IMG/VR virus record: IMGVR_UViG_3300032007_000057
Span: 1-64,000 of that record
Reading direction: 5' to 3' (one strand)
DNA from: a virus
Lineage: Duplodnaviria; Heunggongvirae; Uroviricota; Caudoviricetes
Length of the DNA stretch: 64,000 nucleotides
Under the pieces are notes generated by a model. The model made no database searches. It had not been told where the DNA came from and saw nothing but the letters and a program-made list of their open reading frames with translations. This document shows, piece by piece, positions 46,055-56,158 of the stretch; position 1 is the stretch's first letter; each line of letters begins with the position of its first letter. Made by a program: the position numbers and the translations under genes.

Positions 46055-47076
46055 AATTATGGTATCCTGATGATGCTGTTATAGCAACAGAAGTACCTTT
46101 TTATGTTCCAGTAAAAGCTACTGTAACAGATACTGAAAGGGTGTTAAATGAAAAAGATTTAGAGTATGAATGGGAGATAAATAATAATTTATTATCAGAA
46201 CCTATTCCATATTCAGCTTACGGTAGAAAGCATATTCTTTGTTTAGCATTTTCTTCAGTAGGATTAATTAGGGTTACTGTAACTGTTAAAGATACAGTAA
46301 CTGGAGAAACTGTTACAGATACAATTGATGTTTTCGGTCAGATTAAAGGTGCTGATGGTATTTATAGATGGGATGAAGAGCCTGTAGCAACTTATTATGA
46401 TGATAGGTATGTACCTAATTTTACAGTGCAATTTAGGAAGAAGTTTAAAGCTGGTGATGAGTTTTCTGGAGCTTATAACTATTTCTTAGGTAGATGGTTT
46501 GTTTCTTCAAGTGACTATAGCTTTGATTATGAAAGTATTGAAAATGCAGTTAGAGAGCTTATCAATAGAACAACTCAACCAGATCAAATGTGGGAGAGAT
46601 TCTTGGATTCAGATTGTAAGTGCTATTATTATATGAAAGACCCTGTAGATGCATATTATCCCAATAAGTTTAATTTAATGCAGTTGTATAATTATACTAC
46701 AGGTATAGGGTATCATATTAAAGTTAATAATGATTATCCTATAGAATTAGCTCAAGAAAGATTATTCCAAGCAGTTAGATTTGTGTTATATCTTAAGGGA
46801 GTAGAAGTGCAGAGGCATGATTGGCAAAAATATGTTTGTAGCTATCCTATAGAAGAGTATGACGATGTTCTTGATAAACTGGATGTTTATATGGACCAAA
46901 AATATACTGAAATGAAATCAGTTATAGACTTAGACAATATGTACGAACTTTTAAGTGATACCGTTGATGATTTCTTAGGTCAGAAATCTTATGATGATAA
47001 TATGGTGGTTTATGATTGGGAAGAAAGCGATAAAGATTATTTGGAGAGACCTCTTGAAGAACCCGCTCAAGTATGA
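46045..47076 (+). CDS. Hypothetical protein (about 343 aa)
   Basis: Start is uncertain: Met at 46003 or at 46045 (MQVKLWYPDD). Confidence 0.5.
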   Translation: MQVKLWYPDDAVIATEVPFYVPVKATVTDTERVLNEKDLEYEWEINNNLLSEPIPYSAYGRKHILCLAFSSVGLIRVTVTVKDTVTGETVTDTIDVFGQIKGADGIYRWDEEPVATYYDDRYVPNFTVQFRKKFKAGDEFSGAYNYFLGRWFVSSSDYSFDYESIENAVRELINRTTQPDQMWERFLDSDCKCYYYMKDPVDAYYPNKFNLMQLYNYTTGIGYHIKVNNDYPIELAQERLFQAVRFVLYLKGVEVQRHDWQKYVCSYPIEEYDDVLDKLDVYMDQKYTEMKSVIDLDNMYELLSDTVDDFLGQKSYDDNMVVYDWEESDKDYLERPLEEPAQV

Positions 47077-47119
47077 TATACTCCTCCCTAGAGAGAACAA
47101 TATCTAGGGAGGTTTTGTC

Positions 47120-48061
47120 ATGTGGGTAGATAAGTACAGACCTAAGACAATTTATGATGTAGCTCTTGAAGATGATATTAAAACCAAACTTATTAATCAG
47201 CTCAATAATAAATCTATTAATCATTCTATTTTTGTAGGAAAACCTGGTACAGGCAAAACATCTTTAGCATTAGTTATTAGGGATACTCTTATTAAAGACG
47301 ATTCAGATGTATTGTTTATGAATGCCTCTGGAGACAGAGGAATTGATACTATTAGAGATGTGGTAATTGATTTCATTAAGACACCTCCATTCAAATCTAA
47401 TATTAAATTAGTTATAATGGATGAAGCAGATAATCTTACATCTGATGCGTGGAAGACTTTAAGAAATCCTATTGAGAACCCAGAGATTAATGTTAATTTA
47501 AGCTCTAGGTTTATCTTTACAGCAAACTATGAACAAGGTATTCCTGATTTTATTAAAAGCAGATGTGATTTGTACAAGTTCTATGGTATGCCTAAAGAAA
47601 AAGCATACGATAAAGCTTTTAGTATACTACAGAATGAGATGGTAGAATATGAAGAAAAGGATGTATATAGTTTAGTTAATGATAAGTATCCAGATCTAAG
47701 GGCTATTATTAATAGTTTAGAAAGTAATACAATTGATAATAAGTTTAGTTATAATTATACAGAATCTGTAGAGAGTATTGTTAAATCTTTATTTAATCAG
47801 TTTATTGATGCGATAATTCATGATAAAGATTATGATAAAGCATCTACTATAATTTATCAGATCAGAAATAGTATTGGTTCTAATGTGGTAAATTATATAG
47901 AACTTACAAGATACTTTATGGATAATGTTGATTTACCTATTGCTATGATTCCAATAATGAATCACTATTTTAACCAATTTAATATGGTTATAGACCCAAG
48001 ATTACATTTTATTGCGATGCTAGGAGATATGATGCTTGTATACAAGAGAATTGGGGGTTAA
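47120..48061 (+). CDS. Clamp loader ATPase subunit (RFC-small/gp44-like AAA+)
   Basis: Walker A GKPGTGKTS. Walker B LVIMDEADNLT. Sensor-1 FIFTAN. SRC motif SRCDLYKF. Confidence 0.8.
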   Translation: MWVDKYRPKTIYDVALEDDIKTKLINQLNNKSINHSIFVGKPGTGKTSLALVIRDTLIKDDSDVLFMNASGDRGIDTIRDVVIDFIKTPPFKSNIKLVIMDEADNLTSDAWKTLRNPIENPEINVNLSSRFIFTANYEQGIPDFIKSRCDLYKFYGMPKEKAYDKAFSILQNEMVEYEEKDVYSLVNDKYPDLRAIINSLESNTIDNKFSYNYTESVESIVKSLFNQFIDAIIHDKDYDKASTIIYQIRNSIGSNVVNYIELTRYFMDNVDLPIAMIPIMNHYFNQFNMVIDPRLHFIAMLGDMMLVYKRIGG

Positions 48062-48064
48062 GAT

Positions 48065-48991
48065 ATGTTTGAGGATTTCTTCAGAGAATTAGGTAAGCAC
48101 CTTAAGTATATTACAACTACTTCTGGGCATAAAATCTATAGATGCCCTTTTTGTGGAGATTCTAGTAATACTAATAAAGGTCATCTGTACGTAGCTACAG
48201 ATAAGCCAGTATTTAGATGTGCAAAATGTGGTGAATCTGGTCATTTCAGTAAGCTTATTAATCTGTTTAATTTAGATAATATTGTATTACCTAAAACTAA
48301 GATATCTGGTAATAAGTATAGTAATACTCCTGTGTCCAATATAATTAAGTATACTTTGGATGAAGATACTGAAAATTATTTGGAGAGCAGATTAGGTAAA
48401 GTTACAATTGATCCAGATGAAGCTAATATTATTAATAATGATGAACTTAATAATATCTGGACTGGTAGTTCTAAATATACTTCAGATAGAGTTATACCCA
48501 AACATTCTGTGAACTTTTTAACCTACTTTAAAAAGAAAGTTGTTGTAAGATTGTATAATGAAGATGACTTGAAGTATTTTGGAAGATATGATACAATTCA
48601 GTTATCAGAGGGATCTGACGTTTATATACTGAACAATAAAAGAATTTTTTCAGAATACTTTAAGCATCGAACTATAGTTATTGCTGAAGGTATCTTTGAC
48701 ATACTTAATACATATTATAATCTTAATATGTTTCCCAAGGATGCTATTTATACAGCGGCTCTTAATGCACATATAGGTAAAGCATATGAAATAGCATCTT
48801 CAGTAGCAATTAGTTTTAATCCAAATATAATTGTATTAGCTGATAATGATAAGAAAGACATAGATTATTTGAAATGTTTGCCTAAGTCTCTATGGAACAG
48901 TACAGTTATCTATAGGAATACTTTAGGTAAAGACTTTGGAGAAAAAGAAGTGAAGGGAGAAATCTCTTATGGTCGAGCTAACCAAAGATAA
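48065..48991 (+). CDS. DNA primase (zinc-ribbon plus TOPRIM)
   Basis: CPFCGDS...H...FRCAKCGESGHF zinc-binding domain. TOPRIM E (IVIAEGIFD) and DxD (LADNDKKD). Confidence 0.7.
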   Translation: MFEDFFRELGKHLKYITTTSGHKIYRCPFCGDSSNTNKGHLYVATDKPVFRCAKCGESGHFSKLINLFNLDNIVLPKTKISGNKYSNTPVSNIIKYTLDEDTENYLESRLGKVTIDPDEANIINNDELNNIWTGSSKYTSDRVIPKHSVNFLTYFKKKVVVRLYNEDDLKYFGRYDTIQLSEGSDVYILNNKRIFSEYFKHRTIVIAEGIFDILNTYYNLNMFPKDAIYTAALNAHIGKAYEIASSVAISFNPNIIVLADNDKKDIDYLKCLPKSLWNSTVIYRNTLGKDFGEKEVKGEISYGRANQR

Positions 48992-49694
48992 ATACACAGA
49001 TCTTTGTGCTATTATTAATAAGATAAGCTATATTACTACGGATATGGATATGAGGCATTCTGAAATGAGCCAAAGATCTGGTGATAATACTTATAATATC
49101 AATATAGATTTTACTCCTATACATTCTGATCTTAATCTTGGTATCATCAATATACCTACGAAATATCCTCTCCTTAAATCATTAATGGATACCACTTCAG
49201 AAAAGTATATTATTGATACACTTAAAGATAAGAATTCCTATATTATTACAGATACTATTAGTGATATAGAATTAGCTATTCCAGATTTTACTAATTTCAC
49301 TACTAAGTATGATGAAAGTCTTAAGATTGATTTAAATCAAAATGATAAGATTTTTACAGTAAATTTGGATAAAACTCTTATAAAGAAACTCAATAATTTT
49401 GTAAGAATCCTTGGTGCTGAAACAGTTAATATTGATATAACTAATGGTGAAGGTAAGATAAACATTAGTAGTAAGTCAAAAGTATCTACAGTTAAACTTA
49501 TTTCTGGCTTTGAAACTAATGTTGATAATTTTAAAACAGATATTAATATGGAGTGTTTTAAAATGAGTGTAGGTGATGAATGTGTGATTACTGCTTATAA
49601 GAGATCAAAAACAGCTTGTTATGTGGATATTCAAACTGAGCTATCTGGATGTAAAGTTAGCTATAAACAAAATAGACAGGGGATATTCAAATGA
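48969..49694 (+). CDS. Probable sliding clamp (gp45-like)
   Basis: Size 241 aa. Position next to the clamp loader. N-terminal M.LTKD....L..I.N. and central ...L.RI.....V.IDIT.GEGKI.I. patterns resemble T4 gp45. Confidence 0.4.
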   Translation: MVELTKDKYTDLCAIINKISYITTDMDMRHSEMSQRSGDNTYNINIDFTPIHSDLNLGIINIPTKYPLLKSLMDTTSEKYIIDTLKDKNSYIITDTISDIELAIPDFTNFTTKYDESLKIDLNQNDKIFTVNLDKTLIKKLNNFVRILGAETVNIDITNGEGKINISSKSKVSTVKLISGFETNVDNFKTDINMECFKMSVGDECVITAYKRSKTACYVDIQTELSGCKVSYKQNRQGIFK

Positions 49695-50476
49695 TTTACC
49701 TTACTGGTGATACTCATGGAGAAATGTCTAGGTTTAAATTCCTAGATTATAGTTATGGTGATATTGTTATTATTCTAGGTGATTTTGGTGGAATCTTCTT
49801 TAATGAGTCACGGCAGTTTAAAGAGGTAAGAATTCAATATGAAAAAGAGATATTTGATACTCTGAATGATTTCAGATGTACTTTTCTTTTTATTGATGGG
49901 AATCACGATAATATTGATAGGCTTGAAAACCTTCCTATTAAGTATAAGTTTGGTAATCAGGTAGGAGAAGTTTCAGATAATGTATTCTATCTAAAACGTG
50001 GTCATATTTATACTATTGAAGATAAGAAGTTTATGTGTATGGGTGGAGCATTAAGTCAAGATAGAAACCATAGAACTGAAGGTGTAGATTACTGGAGAGA
50101 TGAAAATCCTACTTTTAAAGACTGGAACAAACTAGAAATGGAACTAGTTAATAACCAGTATAAAGTAGATTATGTTCTTACACACACTCCACCCGAGTTC
50201 ATTACAGAAAAGTGTTTAAAGTATCAATATTTTAGTGAACCAAGTACTCCTTCTTACATGCTTGAGGATGATTATATTAAAGGTAAATTAAATGATCCTA
50301 CTGCTAGGACTTTAAATAAAGTATATGATATGATTAAGTTTAAGATTTGGTTCTTCGGTCATATGCATCTCAATATTACCTTTAAAGATTATCCTAAGTT
50401 TGTAGGTCTTTATGAAAAAATTGTACCATTGAAAGATGATGTAGATGAATATCATAAGTTATTATCCAACTTTTGA
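49691..50476 (+). CDS. Calcineurin-like metallophosphoesterase
   Basis: GDTHGE, ILGDFGG, DGNHDN, GHMH. Confidence 0.65.
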   Translation: MIYLTGDTHGEMSRFKFLDYSYGDIVIILGDFGGIFFNESRQFKEVRIQYEKEIFDTLNDFRCTFLFIDGNHDNIDRLENLPIKYKFGNQVGEVSDNVFYLKRGHIYTIEDKKFMCMGGALSQDRNHRTEGVDYWRDENPTFKDWNKLEMELVNNQYKVDYVLTHTPPEFITEKCLKYQYFSEPSTPSYMLEDDYIKGKLNDPTARTLNKVYDMIKFKIWFFGHMHLNITFKDYPKFVGLYEKIVPLKDDVDEYHKLLSNF

Positions 50477-51503
50477 AGAACTTGACAGCCTTAGGGAATC
50501 GCATCCTAAGGCTAATTGTTTAAATATATTTTTAGACTTAAAGAATGCTTTAGGTATACTTTATGTTAAAAATGTTGTAGAGAATTTATTAGAGATTTCC
50601 AATAAGACTGGTAAGCCCAATAGTATGATATTTTTATCCTGGTTAGACTTTTTAATGTTTCACTATGATTACGCTATTAAAAATAATGTTAATATTAGAA
50701 TTATAACTTATGCTGATGTAGGAGAATATCAATATCATAAAGCTATCTATAAAGATTATAAAAGTAATAGAAGCATTACTAAAAAACGAACTCATTCGGA
50801 TTTATGTGATTCAGATGATTTTCATAAAGTAATGCTGTCTAATATAGAAACGATTATGAAAGCTTGTAATAAATTTTATCATACTAAAGGAGTATACCTT
50901 TCTTTCTGTGAATCTGATTTTGTTCCAGAATACTATATTGAAAAGTACTTTACTGATGAAAAGTATTTGAATATTATTTATAGTTCTGATAGAGATTATG
51001 TTCAGACTCTTAGATTTAAGAATACAGTTCAATTTATGAAGAAAAGTAATCATGAAAGAGAATTCTTAGATTACAGTAATTGGTCAAATATCTTGGATAA
51101 GCCTACTACTCTTCCAGTAGATTCTTATATTTATATTAAATCTATTATGGGTGATAAAGGTGATGGTATTGATGGTATTGGTAAAGTAGGTCCAGTAAAG
51201 GCTACTCAGTTTATAGAGTACTGTTATAATACATTGAATAACGCATCTATAGAACAAATATTGGAAGAAGCTACTAACTGTTGTAATAATGCTGATATAA
51301 AGGAATCTAAGATCGCTAAAGCTATTGAAGAGAAAAAAGATATAGTCTATAGAAACTATAGATTAATGTCTTTTAATGAATTGATTCAAAATCTATCGTT
51401 ACCTACTATAGAAAAGTTAATTAAAAAAGAAGAAAATCACTTGACATTAGAACAAACTTTTGATACTATTAAATTATTAAGAGAAAAACTAAAACTTTGG
51501 TAG
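50445..51503 (+). CDS. 5'-3' exonuclease / flap endonuclease (T4 RNase H-like)
   Basis: H3TH motif SIMGDKGDGIDGIGKVGPVKATQF. Confidence 0.7.
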   Translation: MNIISYYPTFEELDSLRESHPKANCLNIFLDLKNALGILYVKNVVENLLEISNKTGKPNSMIFLSWLDFLMFHYDYAIKNNVNIRIITYADVGEYQYHKAIYKDYKSNRSITKKRTHSDLCDSDDFHKVMLSNIETIMKACNKFYHTKGVYLSFCESDFVPEYYIEKYFTDEKYLNIIYSSDRDYVQTLRFKNTVQFMKKSNHEREFLDYSNWSNILDKPTTLPVDSYIYIKSIMGDKGDGIDGIGKVGPVKATQFIEYCYNTLNNASIEQILEEATNCCNNADIKESKIAKAIEEKKDIVYRNYRLMSFNELIQNLSLPTIEKLIKKEENHLTLEQTFDTIKLLREKLKLW

Positions 51504-52237
51504 TTATACTAAAGAAGGTGATATTTAAATTGTTATCTAAACAGAAAGTAATCTTTTTTGTTAAACAAAGATTAGGATTTCCAAATGTTACCATTGAAAA
51601 GTCTGATGAAGATATGTGGGAATATATTAGAAACTTCTCTATAATGGAGTTCAGCAAGTATGTTCCGGATTATCAGGAAATGACTTTAGATTGTAATGAT
51701 TCTGATAATAAGACTGATGATGAGAATATGTTTTTACTGCATGAGCCTGAAGGTGCTCAAATTATGGATATAGTAGATATTCCAATGCCTTGGAATAATG
51801 CATTTATTAATGGCTGGGAATATCAAGCTCCTATAGCGTCATATGATTCTTTAGCTAATTATGCTCAGTCAGTTGAGAGAGAAAAGACAGTAGAGCATTT
51901 CTCTAAAGCAGGTCTTTCATGGAGATTCTTTCCCCCAAATAGATTAAGAATCAACATGAGCATGCGGCCTGATAAGTTAAAGATTATGTACTATAGAGCT
52001 CAGCCAGAATCACTTTACTATATTCCATATCAGTATGAATCAGAATTTTTATTCTTATGTTTAGCTGATATTATGACTATAATTGGTAATATTAGACTAA
52101 AATATTCTTCATTGACCACACCTTTTGGAGAAATACCAGTTAGTGGAGACATAGCTAATACAGGTAATGAGCTAAAAGATAAAGTTATCCAGAGACTTGA
52201 GCAGTTACCTCCTAATGCACTTATTTATGTGGATTAA
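51497..52237 (+). CDS. Hypothetical protein (246 aa)
   Basis: ORF. Confidence 0.5.
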   Translation: MVVILKKVIFKLLSKQKVIFFVKQRLGFPNVTIEKSDEDMWEYIRNFSIMEFSKYVPDYQEMTLDCNDSDNKTDDENMFLLHEPEGAQIMDIVDIPMPWNNAFINGWEYQAPIASYDSLANYAQSVEREKTVEHFSKAGLSWRFFPPNRLRINMSMRPDKLKIMYYRAQPESLYYIPYQYESEFLFLCLADIMTIIGNIRLKYSSLTTPFGEIPVSGDIANTGNELKDKVIQRLEQLPPNALIYVD

Positions 52238-52240
52238 AAT

Positions 52241-52741
52241 ATGACTAGTAAACAAAAAGCTAAAGGTAAATACTTTGAAGATAAAATTGCTACGCATTTA
52301 AGGAATACTCTTAATCTAAGAGAAAATGAGTGTGTTAGGTCTCCTAATTCTGGAAATGGAGAATTTGAATTTGGTGATTTATTTTTTACAGACCCTATTA
52401 AGTATCCATTTATATTTGAATGTAAGTTTGGATATGATTGGGATTTGAAATCAATATTCCCTAAATTAAATAAACAATTAAGTAAATTTCTAAAGCAGAA
52501 TAAAGAAGCTGTTGAAAAGTATAAAATAAAAATGAAACAAGAACCAAGATTCTCAGGAGTAATACTTTCAAAACCTTATTCTGAAATTTTGGTGTTGACA
52601 AATTTTTATGAATGCGATTTAATTGATTGTACTAGGATAGTTACAGAAGATATTGATGGAAATAGAGTATATGTGTATCCTCTTAATAAAGCTTTAGAGA
52701 TTATTTTAGAACTGCAGGAGGATCCTCTTTATGGTAGATAA
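52241..52741 (+). CDS. Hypothetical protein (166 aa)
   Basis: ORF. Confidence 0.5.
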   Translation: MTSKQKAKGKYFEDKIATHLRNTLNLRENECVRSPNSGNGEFEFGDLFFTDPIKYPFIFECKFGYDWDLKSIFPKLNKQLSKFLKQNKEAVEKYKIKMKQEPRFSGVILSKPYSEILVLTNFYECDLIDCTRIVTEDIDGNRVYVYPLNKALEIILELQEDPLYGR

Positions 52742-53123
52742 GTATAAAGAGCTAGAGTTGATCCTTGAAGATTTAGCAAAAAGAAAAGAGAAGTATGAGG
52801 GGATTAGTTCTCAGGCAACTAAAGTTATAGATGAACTTGAAGCTAAAATTATGCATGCAGTAAGAGGTAGCCAAAATTTACCAAGAACTGCTGATATTAG
52901 TATTATAATTCAAACATTTAGTCAATTACTTAAAACTAAGTTAGATGCTGAAGATTCTATTACAAGATCCTTAGAAAAGAGATATGACTTAGTTAATAAG
53001 TTTGAGAATCCTGATAATACAACTGATCCTAATTCAATTACTGCTGATTCAGTTGATAAACTTCTTGTTCTTTTTGAAAAATCTAAGCAAAAGGATCTTG
53101 ACAAAAGTTCTGAAGAAGAGTAA
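52731..53123 (+). CDS. Hypothetical protein (130 aa)
   Basis: ORF. Confidence 0.5.
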   Translation: MVDKYKELELILEDLAKRKEKYEGISSQATKVIDELEAKIMHAVRGSQNLPRTADISIIIQTFSQLLKTKLDAEDSITRSLEKRYDLVNKFENPDNTTDPNSITADSVDKLLVLFEKSKQKDLDKSSEEE

Positions 53124-53261
53124 AATATTTTTACTGAGTTGTTAACTGCCCTGTTAAATAAATTGGCCCTTTAGTCTGAGGATTACTGGGTGGGGAGTTA
53201 ATAGCATGCTATTCTTTGGTAGACAACTGCCATCAGTTAACAACCAGTATACATTTTAAAT

Positions 53262-53337
53262 GCCTCGCCATAGTTCAATGGAAAGAATCCGGGTCTTCTA
53301 AACCCATGATCTCAGTTCGATTCTGAGTGGCGAGGCC
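53262..53337 (+). tRNA. tRNA-Arg (anticodon UCU)
   Basis: GCCTCGC acceptor, GGGT-CTTCTAA-ACCC anticodon arm, TCAGTTCGATTCTGA T-arm, GCGAGGC-C. Confidence 0.65.
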
Positions 53338-53402
53338 AGTATTTATCAATATTTACATGCTGTTAACAAAATCTAAAATAGAAAGGCAGTGGTAATGACC
53401 CT

Positions 53403-53717
53403 ATGAATAAAGAGGAAAAAGCATTATCAATTGTATATGGTATAACAACTTGTTTAACATTAGGATTATTTATTTTTATGTACTATACAATGTATCAGGA
53501 AATTTTTGTAGCAAATAGTATTACCTTAACAACCTGGGGAATAGTGTTGCTTATATTATTTGCAGGATATCCTGTAGTATTTGCTATGAAATTGCTATCA
53601 TTAGTTATGCCATTGCCATTTATTATTTCAGATAAACTTCTTTGGATTGCTATATCAGTTGCTGTAGCAAGGGGACTTATGGATATTTTTGAAAAAACTT
53701 TGAAGGGGGATAAGTAG
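53403..53717 (+). CDS. Small integral membrane protein (104 aa, about 3 TM)
   Basis: Three hydrophobic helices. Confidence 0.5.
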   Translation: MNKEEKALSIVYGITTCLTLGLFIFMYYTMYQEIFVANSITLTTWGIVLLILFAGYPVVFAMKLLSLVMPLPFIISDKLLWIAISVAVARGLMDIFEKTLKGDK

Positions 53718-53721
53718 AGCT

Positions 53722-54936
53722 ATGCCAAGAAAAAAAGCAGATGGTACTGAAGTAGAACAGGTTGCTGATGATCTTATTGCTGGATTGGACGATGCATTAA
53801 GTAAAATTAGTGGTTTGGAAGATCTGACTGGTAGTGATGAAATTAGGTGTGTTCCTACTGGAATAGACCTTCTTGATGAAGTCCTTGGCGGCGGAGTTCC
53901 AGTAGGTAAACTGTGCTCAATGACTGGTGCCGCTGGGTCCGCAAAGAGCTCGTGTGCGATTCAGTATATTGTAGGCTTTCAGCATTATGACCCTCGTTCA
54001 ATTGGAGTATTTATTGATGTTGAGCAAGCAATTAGTATGAAGAGACTTATTGAATTGGGTTGTGATCCTAAAAGAACTAAACTTTTTAGCAATTCTGAAT
54101 TAACAATGGAAAGAATAGCTTCAATTGTTAGAGGATTGGCTAAGTTTAAAATAGAGCATAAGGTTAAAGATGTTCCATATATTGTAGTGTGGGATTCTGA
54201 ATCAGTGACACCTACACAAAAAAGCCTTGAAGCAGCTGAGTCTTCTAAAGTAATGGGAGAGCATTCAAGAACTTTGGGATTTATTATGAATCAGTTAATC
54301 CCATATATTGCTAAAACAAACATCACTTTGGTTATTATTTCTCAATTAAGAGATAAGATTAGTCAGAATCCTTATGAAGTAAGGTTTGATATGAATTTTG
54401 GATCTAATCAGAAGATTACTGGTGGTTCTGTAATGCAGTATTATCCCTTTAATATGTGCCGAACTAGGAATAAGGGTGAATTGGATTATGATATGATGGG
54501 TATTAGAGGGTTTAAAACAGAGATGACATTTCTTAAAAATAAGAACTTTGCCCCTAAAATTCCTATCCAAGTAGTTCTCGATTATGCAACAGGATTTTCA
54601 GATTTTTGGACTAAAGAGAATCTTATTAGGGAAGCTAAATGTTTTATTACTTCTGGACCTAAGAATGCTTTGAAAAATTATAAAGATTTTAAATTCAGTA
54701 GAAGAGACATTAAAAAACTTTATGATACTGACGAAACCTTTAGGGAAAAGTTTGAAGAGCAGTATAACATCTGTAAATCAGAAATTCAAACAAATAATCC
54801 GTGGGATAAAAATCTTCAGATCAAGAAAGTTAAAGAAGTTGAATCTGATTTGTCTGATGAAGATCAGGATCTTCTTAGTAAACTTGATTCTCTTGGTTCA
54901 GAACCTACAGATGAATTGAATTTGGATAATCTTTAA
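53722..54936 (+). CDS. RecA/UvsX-like recombinase
   Basis: PTGIDLLDEVLGGGVPVGKL..MTGAAGSAKSS (Walker A), IVVWDSESVTP (Walker B-like), SQLRDKI. Confidence 0.65.
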   Translation: MPRKKADGTEVEQVADDLIAGLDDALSKISGLEDLTGSDEIRCVPTGIDLLDEVLGGGVPVGKLCSMTGAAGSAKSSCAIQYIVGFQHYDPRSIGVFIDVEQAISMKRLIELGCDPKRTKLFSNSELTMERIASIVRGLAKFKIEHKVKDVPYIVVWDSESVTPTQKSLEAAESSKVMGEHSRTLGFIMNQLIPYIAKTNITLVIISQLRDKISQNPYEVRFDMNFGSNQKITGGSVMQYYPFNMCRTRNKGELDYDMMGIRGFKTEMTFLKNKNFAPKIPIQVVLDYATGFSDFWTKENLIREAKCFITSGPKNALKNYKDFKFSRRDIKKLYDTDETFREKFEEQYNICKSEIQTNNPWDKNLQIKKVKEVESDLSDEDQDLLSKLDSLGSEPTDELNLDNL

Positions 54937-54957
54937 AGAAAGAAGGTTTGCATTAAT

Positions 54958-55260
54958 ATGAAAATCTTTATTTCTCAGCCTATTACAGGTAAATCAAATT
55001 CAGAAATCTTTGCAACTAGGAAAAATATTGTATCCAAACTTCATACTAAATATCCAGATGCTACTATCATTAACTCTATTATCTTAGGTGGTAATGATAC
55101 TAATGATATTAAATATCTTGGACTTACTCTCAATCTTATGGCTGATGCAGATCTAGTAGTTATGGCTAAAGATAGAGCAAATTCTAAGGGATGCCAAGTT
55201 GAGCAGTATGTTGCGACAATCTATAATAAAGAAATCATTGAAGAAAGTGAGTTGGATTAA
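54958..55260 (+). CDS. Hypothetical protein (100 aa)
   Basis: ORF. Confidence 0.45.
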   Translation: MKIFISQPITGKSNSEIFATRKNIVSKLHTKYPDATIINSIILGGNDTNDIKYLGLTLNLMADADLVVMAKDRANSKGCQVEQYVATIYNKEIIEESELD

Positions 55261-55262
55261 TT

Positions 55263-55850
55263 TTGTTTAATGATTTTAATGTGGTCATAAGCATTACTTT
55301 ATCTGGTAAATCTTATGAAGAATCTATGCATCTTAGTGATGATGTAATTATGGGTATTTGTAGGAATTGTAATCCTAAATATAGCCCTAAAACTTATTTT
55401 CATCCTAAAACTTTTGAATCAAATATTAAAGTTCCAGATATGGATAAAGAACTAAAAGAGATGGTTAATAGAAGGAAATGCATTATAATCACTCCTAAAA
55501 TTAATGACTATGATGTGGTTATTAACCTTCTTTCAGCAGTAAAAAGATGGAGAGAAAACTGTGATGAAAATGTTTTTGGTAAAACTATTGAAATCACGGC
55601 AGAGTCTAAAAGCTTTGATGGAACTCTTCATTACAATATCTCTAATAAAATGTTCATTCCATCAAGAACTAAACTGGAAATTGAAGGGGTTACCCAGTCT
55701 TTTATTGATAAAATTAACGCATTCAATAAAGATATTGATGATATCCCAGTTGTTGTTCTTACTGAAGAGGAGTTGGCTGAAATCAATAAGCCAAAAATTA
55801 AACAGGAAACCTTTGTTGATAAACTTCTTAAAGATTTTCCTATAAAATAA
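55263..55850 (+). CDS. Hypothetical protein (195 aa)
   Basis: ORF. Confidence 0.45.
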   Translation: MFNDFNVVISITLSGKSYEESMHLSDDVIMGICRNCNPKYSPKTYFHPKTFESNIKVPDMDKELKEMVNRRKCIIITPKINDYDVVINLLSAVKRWRENCDENVFGKTIEITAESKSFDGTLHYNISNKMFIPSRTKLEIEGVTQSFIDKINAFNKDIDDIPVVVLTEEELAEINKPKIKQETFVDKLLKDFPIK

Positions 55851-55867
55851 TTAAATAAATCTTTTAA

Positions 55868-55915
55868 AGAGACTCCTCTTCTGGTATAATATCTCCAGAG
55901 TGAGGAGTTTTTCTT
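55868..55915 (+). promoter_or_regulatory. Terminator hairpin with embedded extended -10 (TGGTATAAT) before the nrd cluster
   Basis: aGACTCCTCttctggtataatatctccagagtGAGGAGTtTTTCTTT. Confidence 0.4.
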
Positions 55916-55947
55916 TACTCAAATATAAATGGAGGTAATGATATAAT

Positions 55948-56157
55948 ATGCTGTTATATACGACTGGATGTTCAAAATGTAAAATCCTTGAGTCAAAACT
56001 TAATGAAAAAGAAATTAAGTATGAAGTGTGTGAAGATAAAGAGCTGATGAAATCTAAAGGATTCAGATCAGTACCTGTTCTTGAATTGGATGATGGAACT
56101 ATACTGACCTATGGTAAAGCAGTCAAGTATGTGAATAATTGGGAGGATAATCAGTAG
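55948..56157 (+). CDS. nrdH: Glutaredoxin-like protein NrdH
   Basis: 69 aa. CSKC redox motif. VPVLELDDG. Confidence 0.65.
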   Translation: MLLYTTGCSKCKILESKLNEKEIKYEVCEDKELMKSKGFRSVPVLELDDGTILTYGKAVKYVNNWEDNQ

Positions 56158-56158
56158 T

